From the NCBI GenBank assembly GCA_028534125.1, contig CM052817.1:62250001-62314000 (forward strand): 64,000 nt of DNA. The letters run 5' to 3'. This document shows positions 52,106 through 64,000 of the stretch, in pieces. Source of the stretch: Lama glama. Taxonomy: Eukaryota. A program made the translations under genes and the position numbers. The number at the start of each line of letters is the position of its first letter. Position 1 is the first letter of the stretch. The notes below the pieces were generated by a model, which worked only from the letters and a program-made list of their open reading frames with translations, made no database searches and was not told where the DNA came from.

Positions 52106-52933
52106 CAGTATTTCCTTCTTATCCACAGTTTCGATTTTTGAGGTTTCAGTTACCTTCAATTACTCTCAGCACAAAAATATTAAATAGAGAACTACAGAAA
52201 TAAACAATTCATAAGTTCTACATTGAGTGCTGTTCTGAATAGCATAATGAAGTCTAGCACCATCACTTCCAGGATGTGAATTGTCCCTTTGTCCAGCATA
52301 TCCCACCCATTTCTCACTTAGCAGCCATCCTGGCTGTCAGATGGGCAGTCTTGGTATCACAGTGCTTGTGCTCAAGTAACCCTTATTTTACTTAATCATG
52401 GTCCCAACGTGCAAGAATGGTGATGCTGGCAGCTCAGATATGCCAAAGAGAAGCCTTAAGTGTTTCCTTTACATGAAAAGGTGAAAGTTTTCAACTTAGC
52501 AACAAAAGGAAAAAAAATAGTCTGCTGAGGTTGCAAAGTACTATGGTAAGAATAAATCTTATCTCTGTGAAATTGTGAAGAAGGAAAAATAAATTCATAT
52601 TAATTTTGATGTCACACCTCAAACTACACAAGTTGTGGCCAGAGTGAGTGATAAGTGCTTAGGAAAAAAAGGCATTGCATTTGTACAATAAATTTTGAGA
52701 GAGAAAGAGCACATTTACATAACTTTTATTACAGTACATTGTTATAATTGTTCTATTTCATTGTTAGTTATTGCTGTTAATCTCTTATTGTGCCTATTTA
52801 TAAACTAAACTTTATCATAGGTATGTGTGTCTAGGAAAAAATGTAGTATATATAGGGTTTGGTACTATCTGTGGTTTCAGGCATCTGTTGAGGGTCTTGG
52901 AACTTATCCCTGGAGGATAAGGGGGGACTATTG
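52106..52933 (+). mobile_element. MER44/Tigger7-type TcMar-Tigger internally deleted DNA transposon
   Basis: Terminal inverted repeats CAGTATTTCCTTCTTATCC ... GGATAAGGGGGGACTATTG, with TA on both sides (52104-52105, 52934-52935). Decayed transposase start at ATG 52398 (MVPTCKNGDAGSSDMPKRS...). Confidence 0.9.
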
Positions 52934-54294
52934 TATCTAAATGTGATCCAGTTCAAAAAAATATGCATTTAGGAAAAAATAGATAATATATTTATATGGA
53001 GTATGTATATATGTCATATACTACTACTAAATATAGTATATATATTATTTCATACTATTATTAGTTATTATTAAATTATATAATACATATATACAATAGA
53101 TGTCAATTTAAATTTTTTGTTAGGATAATATATTACTAAAATACAGTATGTACTCAGTAAAGTTTGTTGATTGTAAAATAATTGGTAGTTTTTTAATATG
53201 TTATGACACACATTTTCCCCATGCAGGTTTAGTTTCTCTCTTTTTATCTATAACAGTTCCTTTAAAAAATTAATGCAATCCTATTTTATCTATTATAAGA
53301 TCAAATAAGACAAAATACAAAATCATACATTTCAAAATTAGAAATTTCTTAACATTTTCTCATTATATTTATTATGGCAATGTTATATTCATAGCAACAA
53401 TTATCATTTAACAATAGATATTATAGTTCATAATGGATTCTGATGCAGTTAGATTCCACAATTAGCAACCCACTCAATTATCCTATAATATTTAGACTTC
53501 AGTACATCAGATATAATGGCTAAAAAAGTTTATTTATATCTGGGTTGAAAAACTACAGAAGAAAATAGCAGCTGCCCTTAATAATTGGATATGATTTTGT
53601 TTTATGTGTTTTAAAAACATTTTTAGATTTTTACTGACATGCTTATTAGGTGTGAGAAAATTATCATACTAGTGTGGCATGTATTATTATCATAATTAAA
53701 ATAGAAAAGGCCCTCAATTTAGAACTGTTTTTCAGAAAACAGATGTGCATTTCTTGGATGAGCCATATTTTATATAAAGAGGACTTGACTTACAATTTCA
53801 ACATTACCTATTCTTCTTTGCGAAAACTGGCCTAATTTATTAAAAAGTATTTGCTTTTAAATCAAGTGTTTTGAGATCCTGCCTCTAAGTCAGGAACATA
53901 ATTACTGTTTTTCACTCAATGGAAGTATATTATGGCAAGGATCATTTATTTTTCTGATCATAATGTTTTTACTGTGAAAATCTTGAGGCTCACATGTAAT
54001 GGGAAATAATCATACAGGTAGAAGCATGAGCTCTAAATGAGGAGATGCCAACTTAGGCATGTGACTTGTCCTCACTTTATTTTTTTAAATTGTTTAAAGA
54101 CGATTTTCCAATCATGGGAAACAATAAATCCACTACACAAAGGGCTGGTCAAGTCACAACTGCAGTATTGTGTTCACCCTTTGCTTCATAAACTTTAAAA
54201 ATGTATATTTGTGTATATATACAATATGGTGCTCCCCAAACGTAGGCATACGTTTTAGGAACATTAGCAAACTAGAATGCCTCCAGGTAAAGGC

Positions 54295-54620
54295 ATTTAG
54301 GATTTTAAAAAGTCTGGAAAGCATGTTATCTGGAAGCAACTGAGATTATTTAGCCTTGAAAGAGTAAACTCAACAGAGCCACTTTTAAAGATTTAAACAA
54401 CTTCAAAAATAATACAAGGATTAGATTTTTCCTATGATGCTCTAGAATTCAGAACTAAGATTAACAGTGAAAGTGAAAGGAATGTAGATTTTGGTCTTAC
54501 CGTAAGTATTACTTTTAAAGCCCAGTTCTTTGGCAGTGGAATACATTGCCTCATAAGATAAGTGGGGCTACTCAAGGTGGAACTATCTAAGTCAATCATC
54601 TTTTAGAAACATTATAAAAC
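54295..54620 (+). mobile_element. L3/CR1 LINE 3' fragment
   Basis: GTCTGGAAAGCATGT...TTTAGCCTTGAAAGAG...GGATTAGATTTTTC...CAGAACTAAGA...TGGAATACATTGCCTC follows the L3 3' consensus. Confidence 0.6.
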
Positions 54621-54777
54621 ATACTAAACTCTAGGATTCCTATATATTTTAAGGTTTTTACAGTACTTTGAAATTTCTTTTAAAATTCTAAAACTCAATG
54701 TTTCACACACAGATTATTTAGCAAATCTCTCTTTACTTTTATCTATGGTGAAAAGACAGTTTTTATTTTGAATGTAC

Positions 54778-55600
54778 TTTCATTCATTCAGTCAACAAAT
54801 ATTTATGGAATAGATACCAGGTGCCAGGTATGGTGTTAAGTGCCAGGATAGAGTGGACAACCAGACTAGACATAGAGTAGCCTTGCAGAGGTCGGAGATG
54901 AGTAGAGGCAGACATTACTGAGTAGTCATATAAACAAAGGGGCAATTATAATATTTGGTAAACAGTATGGAGAAAGTGCACAGAACTTTGTGACCTTATG
55001 TCAAACACTATAAGCTTATTTCCATTACAATCTAGTGCAGCCCACATCATCTCTTACCTGGAGTACCACATAGCTTACTGACTGGGCTCCCTGTTTCCAC
55101 TCATGCTGCCCTCTAAAACTTTCTCAGTTCCACAACTATAATTTCTTCCCAATGCAAATCAGATCATGACTCCATCCTTTCTGAAATCCTGTAATGCCTC
55201 TGATTGGTCTAAAGATAAAGACCACCATTCTTAACATGGCTTGAAAAGATTTTAATAATATAATCCATTTCTATCTCCAAGGCTATCTCAAATCACTTTC
55301 CCTATTTTCTATATTCCAACTACCCTGAGGATTTTAAGCACTGGATAATTACTCATTATCTTCTGCAAGAGGGCCTTTGCACATGCTGTTCTCTTTCTGC
55401 TAAGCTTTTCATCCATTCGCCCTTCATCTAGATAACTCCATCAATACAAACACACATTTTGCCTTCTTGTACACAAGCATAAGTCATTTAGTCATTTGCT
55501 CAACAAATATTTACTGAGCTTCTAGTATGGACCAAGCATTATTCTAATTGTTTGGGTTACAAGAACAAACAAAACAGGTCAAAGAGACTTGCCCTCGAGG
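54778..55600. mobile_element. Cluster of L2 fragments (both orientations)
   Basis: CATTCATTCAGTCAACAAATATTTATGG...GTGCCAGG (minus end); ATGCAAATCAGATCATG...GGGCCTTTGCACATGCTGTT (plus); CAACAAATATTTACTGAGC (minus end). Confidence 0.65.
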
Positions 55601-58600
55601 GAGAATAAACAAAGATTCCTGCTAGTTTACACTGCACTTAGAAAGTTAAACCATTATTTAAATGCTCCAATCAAAACATTAATTTTATTGGCTATGCAAC
55701 TGTATTCAGATTTTTCAATGTTAAGGTTTCTAATAATTCTTAGAAATGTAAGATTAAAGAGAAGACTATATAAAAAATGGTCCTTTGACAAAAAGACACA
55801 CTACTCTACACTTACAATTTATACAGAACTTGGCTCACTTCATGCCTTATGATTTCATAATTTAGTTGATAGTACACTAAAATATACATGTATATTTGTA
55901 CATGCATACTTACATATATTAATACATATAATGTATATGTATGTTATGTATGACCACATAAGTAGATTATATACTATCCTCCACAGAAGGATGTAAACTA
56001 ATATTTCACATTGAAAGTATTACTGGATTTATTCAAAATTATTCTTACTATTTGGGAAATTTAACTTTTATAGATAGTTATTATAAATTTTACTTCTTTT
56101 GAAGCAAGTGGTCATTAATTAATTAACTACTTATTTCAGAAAGCCTTTATTCATCACATTTTGTTAAGTGTTGAACGTGAAGGGAGGTTTTACAAATTAG
56201 GAAAACTTTTCATTGGTTTGAGGAATTTATAGTTCACCTAGAGAGACAACATAAATGAAACAATATGAGGCAGTATATCCACAAAGTACAATAAAGTATA
56301 GTAAAAAAGTGATCATAAAAGAAGAAAACAAGGAAACTTTTCTTCACCCCAATTATTTTCAATATACTTCCTTATTCAGCAAGATAAAAGCAGTGCAGCC
56401 ATGAATTTATGTTAAATCAGATAAAATTCACTAGACTGTGACTTTTGGTAAGAAAAAACTGCTAAGTAGTGTCTTGTACTACTCAAAAAAAAAAAAAAGA
56501 AAGAAAAAAGAAAAAGAAAAAGAAAAGAAATACAGAAGCAGCAACCTGGACTCTCCAGGAAACTTCTGGAGGCACTAGATTGTGGCTGTATTCTCTTATG
56601 ATCAGGGTATCTCAGTGTGAAGGCTTTACAAGTTATGGATCTTAGAAAAATAACAGTTCAGTGGAAGTTTCTCCTTTGTAGCTCACTGAGATGAGGAAAA
56701 GGTCAAAGGCATCCTAATGCATTTATAGCAGCTTGGCAAGTCGCGGTGGTGTCAATCTAGGCCACCGCAGACAGGATCTCGCGGCAGTAATTGTAGCTCT
56801 GCTTTTTTCCGTCATTCTGATTGTGGTGAGAGCTGAGAACTTAGAGCAATGGATTGAGAAAATACCATGAAATGAAAGGACCATTGGTCTGGATAAAACT
56901 ACAGTCAGTAAAAATGGAAAATAAACTTCCACGTGTTTGGCCTTTAGCAGCCTCAGAGACTTCAAATAACATTTTACCAAATTGCTTTTGAGTCTTTCAT
57001 AGTTGTAATACTTTTCCTTGGGTCACTTGATAGTTTAAAATCTATTAGCAGTTGTGAAATAGTGTAAAAGGGATATAGAATATATTTATTTTTTCTTAAA
57101 TGCCACTTAATCCAATAAAAGTTAGGCCAAGGGGACATACTAATTTAAAAGTTATTATCTATTTGCACTGCTGATATGTTTGTACCCTAAAAGTTCTTTA
57201 TTTGATTCAGGATTGGTCAAAACAAACTTGTATTCATTGGCCTGCATATTGCTTTCATACGGCTCAATCTATTAGTTGAAGAATTTAGCATTACTCCAGG
57301 TTTCAGGTATTATTTATGCTAGATGGTTTTGTATGTAGGGCACACAGTTTAAAAGGGTGCACTCTGTAATATTAAATGATATGAAAAATGAATGCTGAGA
57401 ACAGAATTTAAATTTGAAAAAACTAACACGCCTGACAACTGATAAATGGCCCAATTAACATTACAGACATTTTACCAAGTTTTGAAAAATGAAAAACAAA
57501 CGAACAAAAATTTATTTGTATTAAAAGCAAAGTTTAGAAGTTTATAAAAATCATTTTCTTCATATTTCAGAATAATGGTTTAGGATTATTTTTCTGAATT
57601 GCTTACTTATGGTTCTTTAAACAGAGCACAGTACATGTGATTAACTGCCTAATGATTTAGGTGAGTTATTGAAAAGATTTTGTATAAATTGAATATTAAT
57701 GTCTTGAATTACTCTGTTCCATTGGATCAGTCTTATAAATATCTGAGGGTGAGGGTATTTGGCTCAATGCTGAAGCACCAGGAGCTGGACAAGTGTGGGC
57801 ATACAATAAATAAGCCCTTCAACCCTGCAGAACTTTGTTTTGAATATATGAATAAAAGCCGTAATAAGAAAATGAACACAGTAAAGAAAGATATGACTCT
57901 GAAAATGGAAGCATTCTGAATGGATATGAATGGATGACAGTGATATGGATATGAATAAGTGAATCAGGATGATGAAAGCAGAGTCTTACCAAATTGATCA
58001 TACAACTCAAATAGAAGAGTTATAATTCTCCCAATTTCTACCATCAGCTCTGTAGGGAAAAGCAAGTAATAAAAAATAAAAAATACTCTAAAGATGAACT
58101 TAAAATCACTTATGTATCCTCAGTTGTAGGAATAGATAAAGGGAAATATTTAAAAAGAATATGCTGCTGTTTTTTGTCATTTTTATTTTTTTGAAAACTT
58201 CATCTTGATAGGAAAAGTGACCAAGAGAAGACAGAAATAAAAAGGTGGTGGATCCACAGCAAAACCACTGCATAGAATAGTTGGTGGTTTTAATTTTTTC
58301 ATCAAAATTTCTCACTAAAGACCAGTTTGTTTCTCAGTTTGCTCCTTCTTCCTTCCTTTCTCCCTTCCTCATTCCCTTCCTTCTTTCTTTCCTGTTGAAT
58401 CCCAGGCAAGTGGAAGTCTTATAAAAATATTTGAACATCTGCTTTGAGAATTGGACAAGTCTAAGCACTTTTTGGAAATCTCCTCACTTTAACAGCTGCT
58501 AAGGATATGGGCCAGGAAAGTACAGGGATTTGGAAATAAAGGGGACCTTGAAAGATACAGTTCCCCATCTTCCTTGACTTGCTCATTCCCTTCACAGTCT

Positions 58601-60357
58601 ATCTCTCCTATCACACTTTTACACTAGTCCTGAAGCATCTATGGTGCATGATAAACACCTTCTTTGAGTCTCCACATTTTCTTGGTCCTTCAGTTACTTT
58701 CATTGCACAGAGAATCCTTTCACTGGTTCCATCAATTTTATCCACATCTCTAAGGGATATCAGAATACCATACTTAACTTGAATAAGTCTAATATTAAGG
58801 CATAAACTCTTGCTTCCTATTTGTCACATGTCTCACAGCCACATGCCACAGTAATTCCTTAATTCTCAAGGAACATTTTCTTCTTGAAAATAATACCAGA
58901 TATTGTAGAAAACATCAGATCGTGTCTCAGCTTGTCGACAATGCCTAGCTTTCCTGGAAATGCAGCTCTTGAGAGCCTGATTCCTTGGAATGACCTTATA
59001 GTATGAGAGGATGAGAATCAATTCTCCTCCTTATCACTAAGAGTCTGCTGGGGATTATACCTGGGTATGGATGTGCCACACTCTTTTTAAAAAGTAAAAG
59101 GTTACCAGTTAAATGATATTGGACTACTGGGTGCCAGATTTTTCAAAGCAGATTCATCTACAAAATCAATATGGACACAAGACATTTATTGCTTTATTTC
59201 ATTATACAGCCATACCTCAAACATTTAACATGTTGTCAGGAATAATTCTTTGAGCTCTTAAACCTTAACCAAATGTAAAAGCAGAGACCCAGAGAAAATT
59301 AAATCTCCTGTGAACCAATATATCAAATTGTATGATTTTTGTTCCTAGTTGTTCCATGAAAAGAAAAAGGGCCAATAAAAATATGACTTAAAATGGACAT
59401 AAAATTTCAAAAAACTGTGCCAAATAATAGGAGTATTTTTTAGAAGAGTCACTTACCACACAAAAGTGTCAATTAAATGAAATATCTTGATTGATTTAAC
59501 AAAAAAAAAAAAGAGAGAGAGAGAGGAGAATTAAAGACTTAAAGAAAATGGCTTTAGGAAATAGGAAACAAATTGATCTGAGATAGTTCATTTCTCACAA
59601 TTTTCAGCCTTTCATAAACTAGGTCACGGGACAATATGTGGTTTAGGATAAGGCAACGAAGTGGTGGTAATAAGGGAGATTTATGGGTTGAAAGGTAGTA
59701 GAAGTTAAGAAATCTGACTAGTAGTAGTATTTTCTTATAGGGGTTAAGATAGGTGAGTGTCCAAAGAGCATTAAAATGTGAGAGGAAACCATATGCTAGA
59801 TAAATGCACATTTTATTTGCCTTGGCCATTAAATTCATGTTTAAATAATACCAAAATGCCTAGATAAAGAGTAAAACATCTATCATCTGAATATTGGGAT
59901 TTATAAAGTCTCTCTAGTCACAATTTTATGGATTGTCTGTTTATCTAGTATATGCATGAAGTAGGTTAGCAAGCGATGCAAAAAATAAAAGCAAAAAATA
60001 TTAGGATTAAAAAACATATATTGCTTCATTCTTTATATAAAAATATCCATTAGGCTGTATTTCATTACTTAGGCTTCACTTTATAGGTTTCTCTAGATAT
60101 TTGAGCTGCATAAAACTTTTGTCCCCAATATTTCAACTTTAAATAACGTTAAAAAATATGTGCTGTCAACCAAGTAGAATTTTTAGGACTTTTAAGAATG
60201 ACCCAATTTCACTGTGTAATCAAAGATTTTATTTTATATAAACACACATTTTTAGATGCCCCTCCACACATCCTAAAGAACTAAATTTAATTATTTAAAA
60301 TGATTAAGCCATTCCTGTATGTCAGGCACTGTACTAATATGTATATGACATCTGTCA

Positions 60358-60358
60358 A

Positions 60359-60397
<39 letters not shown>

Positions 60398-60405
60398 TAC
60401 ACACA
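60358..60405. repeat. Compound (TA)n/(CA)n microsatellite
   Basis: ATACATAC(AT)n ACACATATACACAC. Confidence 0.85.
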
Positions 60406-62019
60406 AATGCATTCAATGAAAATACACTCAATTGATTAGATTGTTATCCATATTGAATTTTTAAGAAGAAAAATTATAGGAAAGTAGGTATCAGAAAATT
60501 AGGTTTTTCAGCATCCCTACATTAAATTAAAAATAATCTTTCTAACATAAGATCTGGGATCAGTATATATTCAGCTTGATTTTCTACAACTTTTATTTGT
60601 ACATATTTACTTTAACTGTATTTTACATCTCTGCTATACTTTTAGAATATTGAAAGCTATCAAAATACCTTTTCCTGAATATTACAAAATAGCTATAATA
60701 TTCCTATCAGCCTTAACCAGATGAAAAAATACATTGCACTGTGATGAAAGGAGATAAGAATATTATATTACAATTTTAGCACAATCTTTAAGAATAGCGG
60801 TGTTGCTACTTTGGGCTGCAAAGAAGAAATTTCCCTTCATGGGTAATAAATCCATGTTTGTTTGGTGAAGCAGTATTAATATTTTGATAAGAGCAAGATT
60901 TTATATGTAATTTTAGATGACCAACAACTTATATCAAACATGCTTTTCTGAGCAGCATATTGCACTTACCAAAAGTAATTTCTTTTTCTATTTGGAAATG
61001 CTCAGGACTCTTGCAAAAGTGAAGATGCAGAAACTAATGACACAAGGCCATGAGGCCCAAGTTCTATGTTGTGAAAGGTATTTAATAATCTTGCTATTGA
61101 TTGAAATAAAATGTTAAAAGTTATCTGTATCAGTCAGTTTATTCTGATCTTCATTAATATATAAAGTACTTTTTATTGCAAACATGCAAAAATTCACTCA
61201 CCTCAGTGCAGAGGAAGGCACTGGAATGATGCTTTTTTGGGGTTTTTTTGGATTATCTAATCATGTCACCCCTTTTCCAGTGTATATTGTGTGTAGAAAC
61301 AACTAAGGAACTAAATGTGAGTCTGGCAGAGAAAGATTATGAGATTACATGATTTTGAAATTTGTTTTTCTAGTGTTTTACCACATTAGTGACTCATAAC
61401 ATTAGAATGAATTGGTAAGAAAAATGTCATAGGAAAATATCAAAAAGTAAGTTTATATTTGGTTAGGAGCTCAGAATTTCTTTTCTTGCCCATTACTTTT
61501 AATTTGTTATTTGGTCTCCTTTCTTCAGTATGATCCACTATATTGAAATCAAAACTCAATAATCTGTACTTTTGGGAAGTGGGAGGAGATATACTGGTTC
61601 AAGTTGTGAAACGGTTGCCTCTTGGAGATAAGTGATTTGATTTGTGTATACTGAGAGGAAGAACATATAAATAACTGAGATAAACCAAACAAGAGTATTT
61701 CTGTGATAACTCTATGGAACCTAAATTATATGATGAATCATTAGGTTTCCTTGAGAATATTTAAATAAATGATAAATTATGTTAATGCTTTTTAATACTA
61801 ATATTTTTAAATACAGAAGCCAAACTGGGTTTTTGAGGTAGAGACCATTTTGTTAAATTCTCTGCAATCCTCTACGCCTCCAACACCTCTGATTATGGTA
61901 CCTCCCACACGCTACCGCTCTGCCACTCCAGGTGCTTCTTATTTATGTTTTTGTATTCATTTCAAACATCAATCCACCTTTAAGTCTCTCAAGGACTTTT
62001 TAATCACATATGCCTTGTG

Positions 62020-62230
62020 CCTTCTTAAACAGCCAAGCACCATGCCATGTGCTTTAAAACAGTTCATTTATTCCCCAAAAAACACTATGAGGTTAATAGT
62101 ATCCTATTTTATAAATTAAGAAACTGAGACTTGCTGACATTAGATTACTTTCTTAAGCTTAGGCATCAGAAAGTACAAGAGCCAGGAATTAACCTTAAGT
62201 CATTCAGACTCTAAAACTTATACTCCTGCC
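62020..62230 (-). mobile_element. MIR SINE
   Basis: GCCAAGCACCATGC...CACTATGAGGT...TATTTTATAAATTAAGAAACTGAGAC...GAGCCAGGAATT. Confidence 0.7.
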
Positions 62231-62694
62231 AGTATATAAACCTTTAAAATTTAATTCTCCAGACTTCGTCCAAGAGACAATCATGTTACTTCATGACAGC
62301 ATTCAGATTAGTTACTCATTTAGTCTAGGAGTGCTTTCTAAGTACCTTAGGTGAACTCTCTGTAGGAGAAGAAATGATTAAGGGCATCAGAATCTCAGAT
62401 ATAAATCCTGCTTGAGCAAATTACTTACTGTCTCTGTGTTTCAGTTTACTCATCGACGCAGAGGTAATTATTCACCTCACAGGCCATCATAGAGATTGTG
62501 ATATTCCATGTGATAGTATCTGACACATAGCAAAGAAGAGTTTTAAAAATGGATTATTATGCTATTGTTAGGGACAGAGTCCTGCACTATGTAGGAAAAA
62601 ATGAACAGATAGTTTAAAATCTAACCGAGGAGACAAAAGACCAAAATATAAAATGATTTTAGGACAGTTACAATGCATGTTAAAAATTATGAAA

Positions 62695-62696
<2 letters not shown>

Positions 62697-62741
<45 letters not shown>
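62697..62741. repeat. (AT)n microsatellite running into gap 3
   Basis: At least 22 perfect AT units. Confidence 0.97.
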
Positions 62742-63241
62742 NNNNNNNNNNNNNNNNNNNNNNNNNNNNNNNNNNNNNNNNNNNNNNNNNNNNNNNNNNN
62801 NNNNNNNNNNNNNNNNNNNNNNNNNNNNNNNNNNNNNNNNNNNNNNNNNNNNNNNNNNNNNNNNNNNNNNNNNNNNNNNNNNNNNNNNNNNNNNNNNNNN
62901 NNNNNNNNNNNNNNNNNNNNNNNNNNNNNNNNNNNNNNNNNNNNNNNNNNNNNNNNNNNNNNNNNNNNNNNNNNNNNNNNNNNNNNNNNNNNNNNNNNNN
63001 NNNNNNNNNNNNNNNNNNNNNNNNNNNNNNNNNNNNNNNNNNNNNNNNNNNNNNNNNNNNNNNNNNNNNNNNNNNNNNNNNNNNNNNNNNNNNNNNNNNN
63101 NNNNNNNNNNNNNNNNNNNNNNNNNNNNNNNNNNNNNNNNNNNNNNNNNNNNNNNNNNNNNNNNNNNNNNNNNNNNNNNNNNNNNNNNNNNNNNNNNNNN
63201 NNNNNNNNNNNNNNNNNNNNNNNNNNNNNNNNNNNNNNNNN
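62742..63241. other. Assembly gap (500 N)
   Basis: Exactly 500 N, preceded by (AT)n and followed by a T run. Confidence 0.99.
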
Positions 63242-64000
63242 TTTTTTTTTGATTCTTACTTTCTCCCAGGGGACTTTGTTTCTTCATATCCCCTTGACAG
63301 AACCAATGCTAGATGTCTTTTAAGGTCCCTTTATTCTGGTCTTCCAGTCCTTTTTCATTGACTCATTTTTTCAAAGCGGCATATGACTTATTTGCAGTTT
63401 TCACAATTCTAAGACTCACTTTGCAATACACTCAGTACGTATCTAATAGGATTTGTAACTTCCTCAAAGGCCTCCATCGCAATAGATCACTTTGCTCCAG
63501 GAAGTCACAGCCTCTGAACACCTTTAGCACAATTATAGTCCTTTTGGTACTGGGCTTAAGTAGAGCAGATATGTTTAAGGATTCATTAGGGAGCCCCATG
63601 TCCTTTTTCATTATGCAAAAGAGTTAAAAGTCTACTCCTAAAAGTATGAAAACTTTGGACTTACTGATGTTATCACATACATCATAGTTGTTCACCTCCA
63701 CCACTCAGTGGATCTGCCCTCTTCAGCTTAAGCTTGGTGTGTCATGTGGCCTCTGAAGATAAAGCTAATTAATACAAAATTCATGTGTTCTCTTTATTCC
63801 TAGATCATGGAGGCCCTTTACAATAAGCAAACAGGGTTCCCTGATTCTCAAATATCCAATTCAAGAAAGTGGTCAAAATATAATCCTTGAGTTTTTCTGC
63901 ATAATTGAGTCTTTTCTTCATTCCTCAGACAAAATGTCCTGGCAGAGAGTGTGGCTTGATTACCAAAATCTCATCATATCACAATGTCCTTTCATTCTTT

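Noticed and set aside
56485..56530. A-rich tract resembling a retroposon poly(A) tail (similar tract at about 13715-13762)
   Set aside because: No SINE, L1 or processed-pseudogene body and no target-site duplication recognisable next to it.
1..64000. CRISPR arrays, operons, rRNA/tRNA genes, prokaryotic defence systems
   Set aside because: The sequence is mammalian; no repeat-spacer arrays, dense coding regions or structured RNA genes were seen. The remaining short ORFs in the track look like random AT-rich or repeat-derived frames.

Overview
Eutherian mammal genomic DNA, not prokaryotic: AT-rich, CpG-depleted, with old MIR, L2, L3, MaLR, ERVL and DNA-transposon relics. The only supportable protein-coding sequence is coding exon 1 of the netrin receptor UNC5C on the minus strand (CDS 31874->31751, a signal peptide ending at a phase-1 GT donor), inside a CpG-island promoter of about 1.9 kb. 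Positions 1-31750 are part of UNC5C intron 1; beyond about 33 kb is upstream intergenic DNA. There are three gaps of exactly 500 N. The clearest unusual signal is technical: the last 199 bp before gap 1 are the exact reverse complement of the last 199 bp before gap 2, so the 18.3-kb contig 11862-30151 is probably inverted in this scaffold. I found no convincing new biological system. The other leads (candidate regulatory elements, a splice acceptor followed by a 181-codon ORF, an antisense ORF, no young SINEs) are modest. Repeat families were recognised by eye from remembered consensus sequences, and boundaries are approximate unless termini or target-site duplications are quoted.
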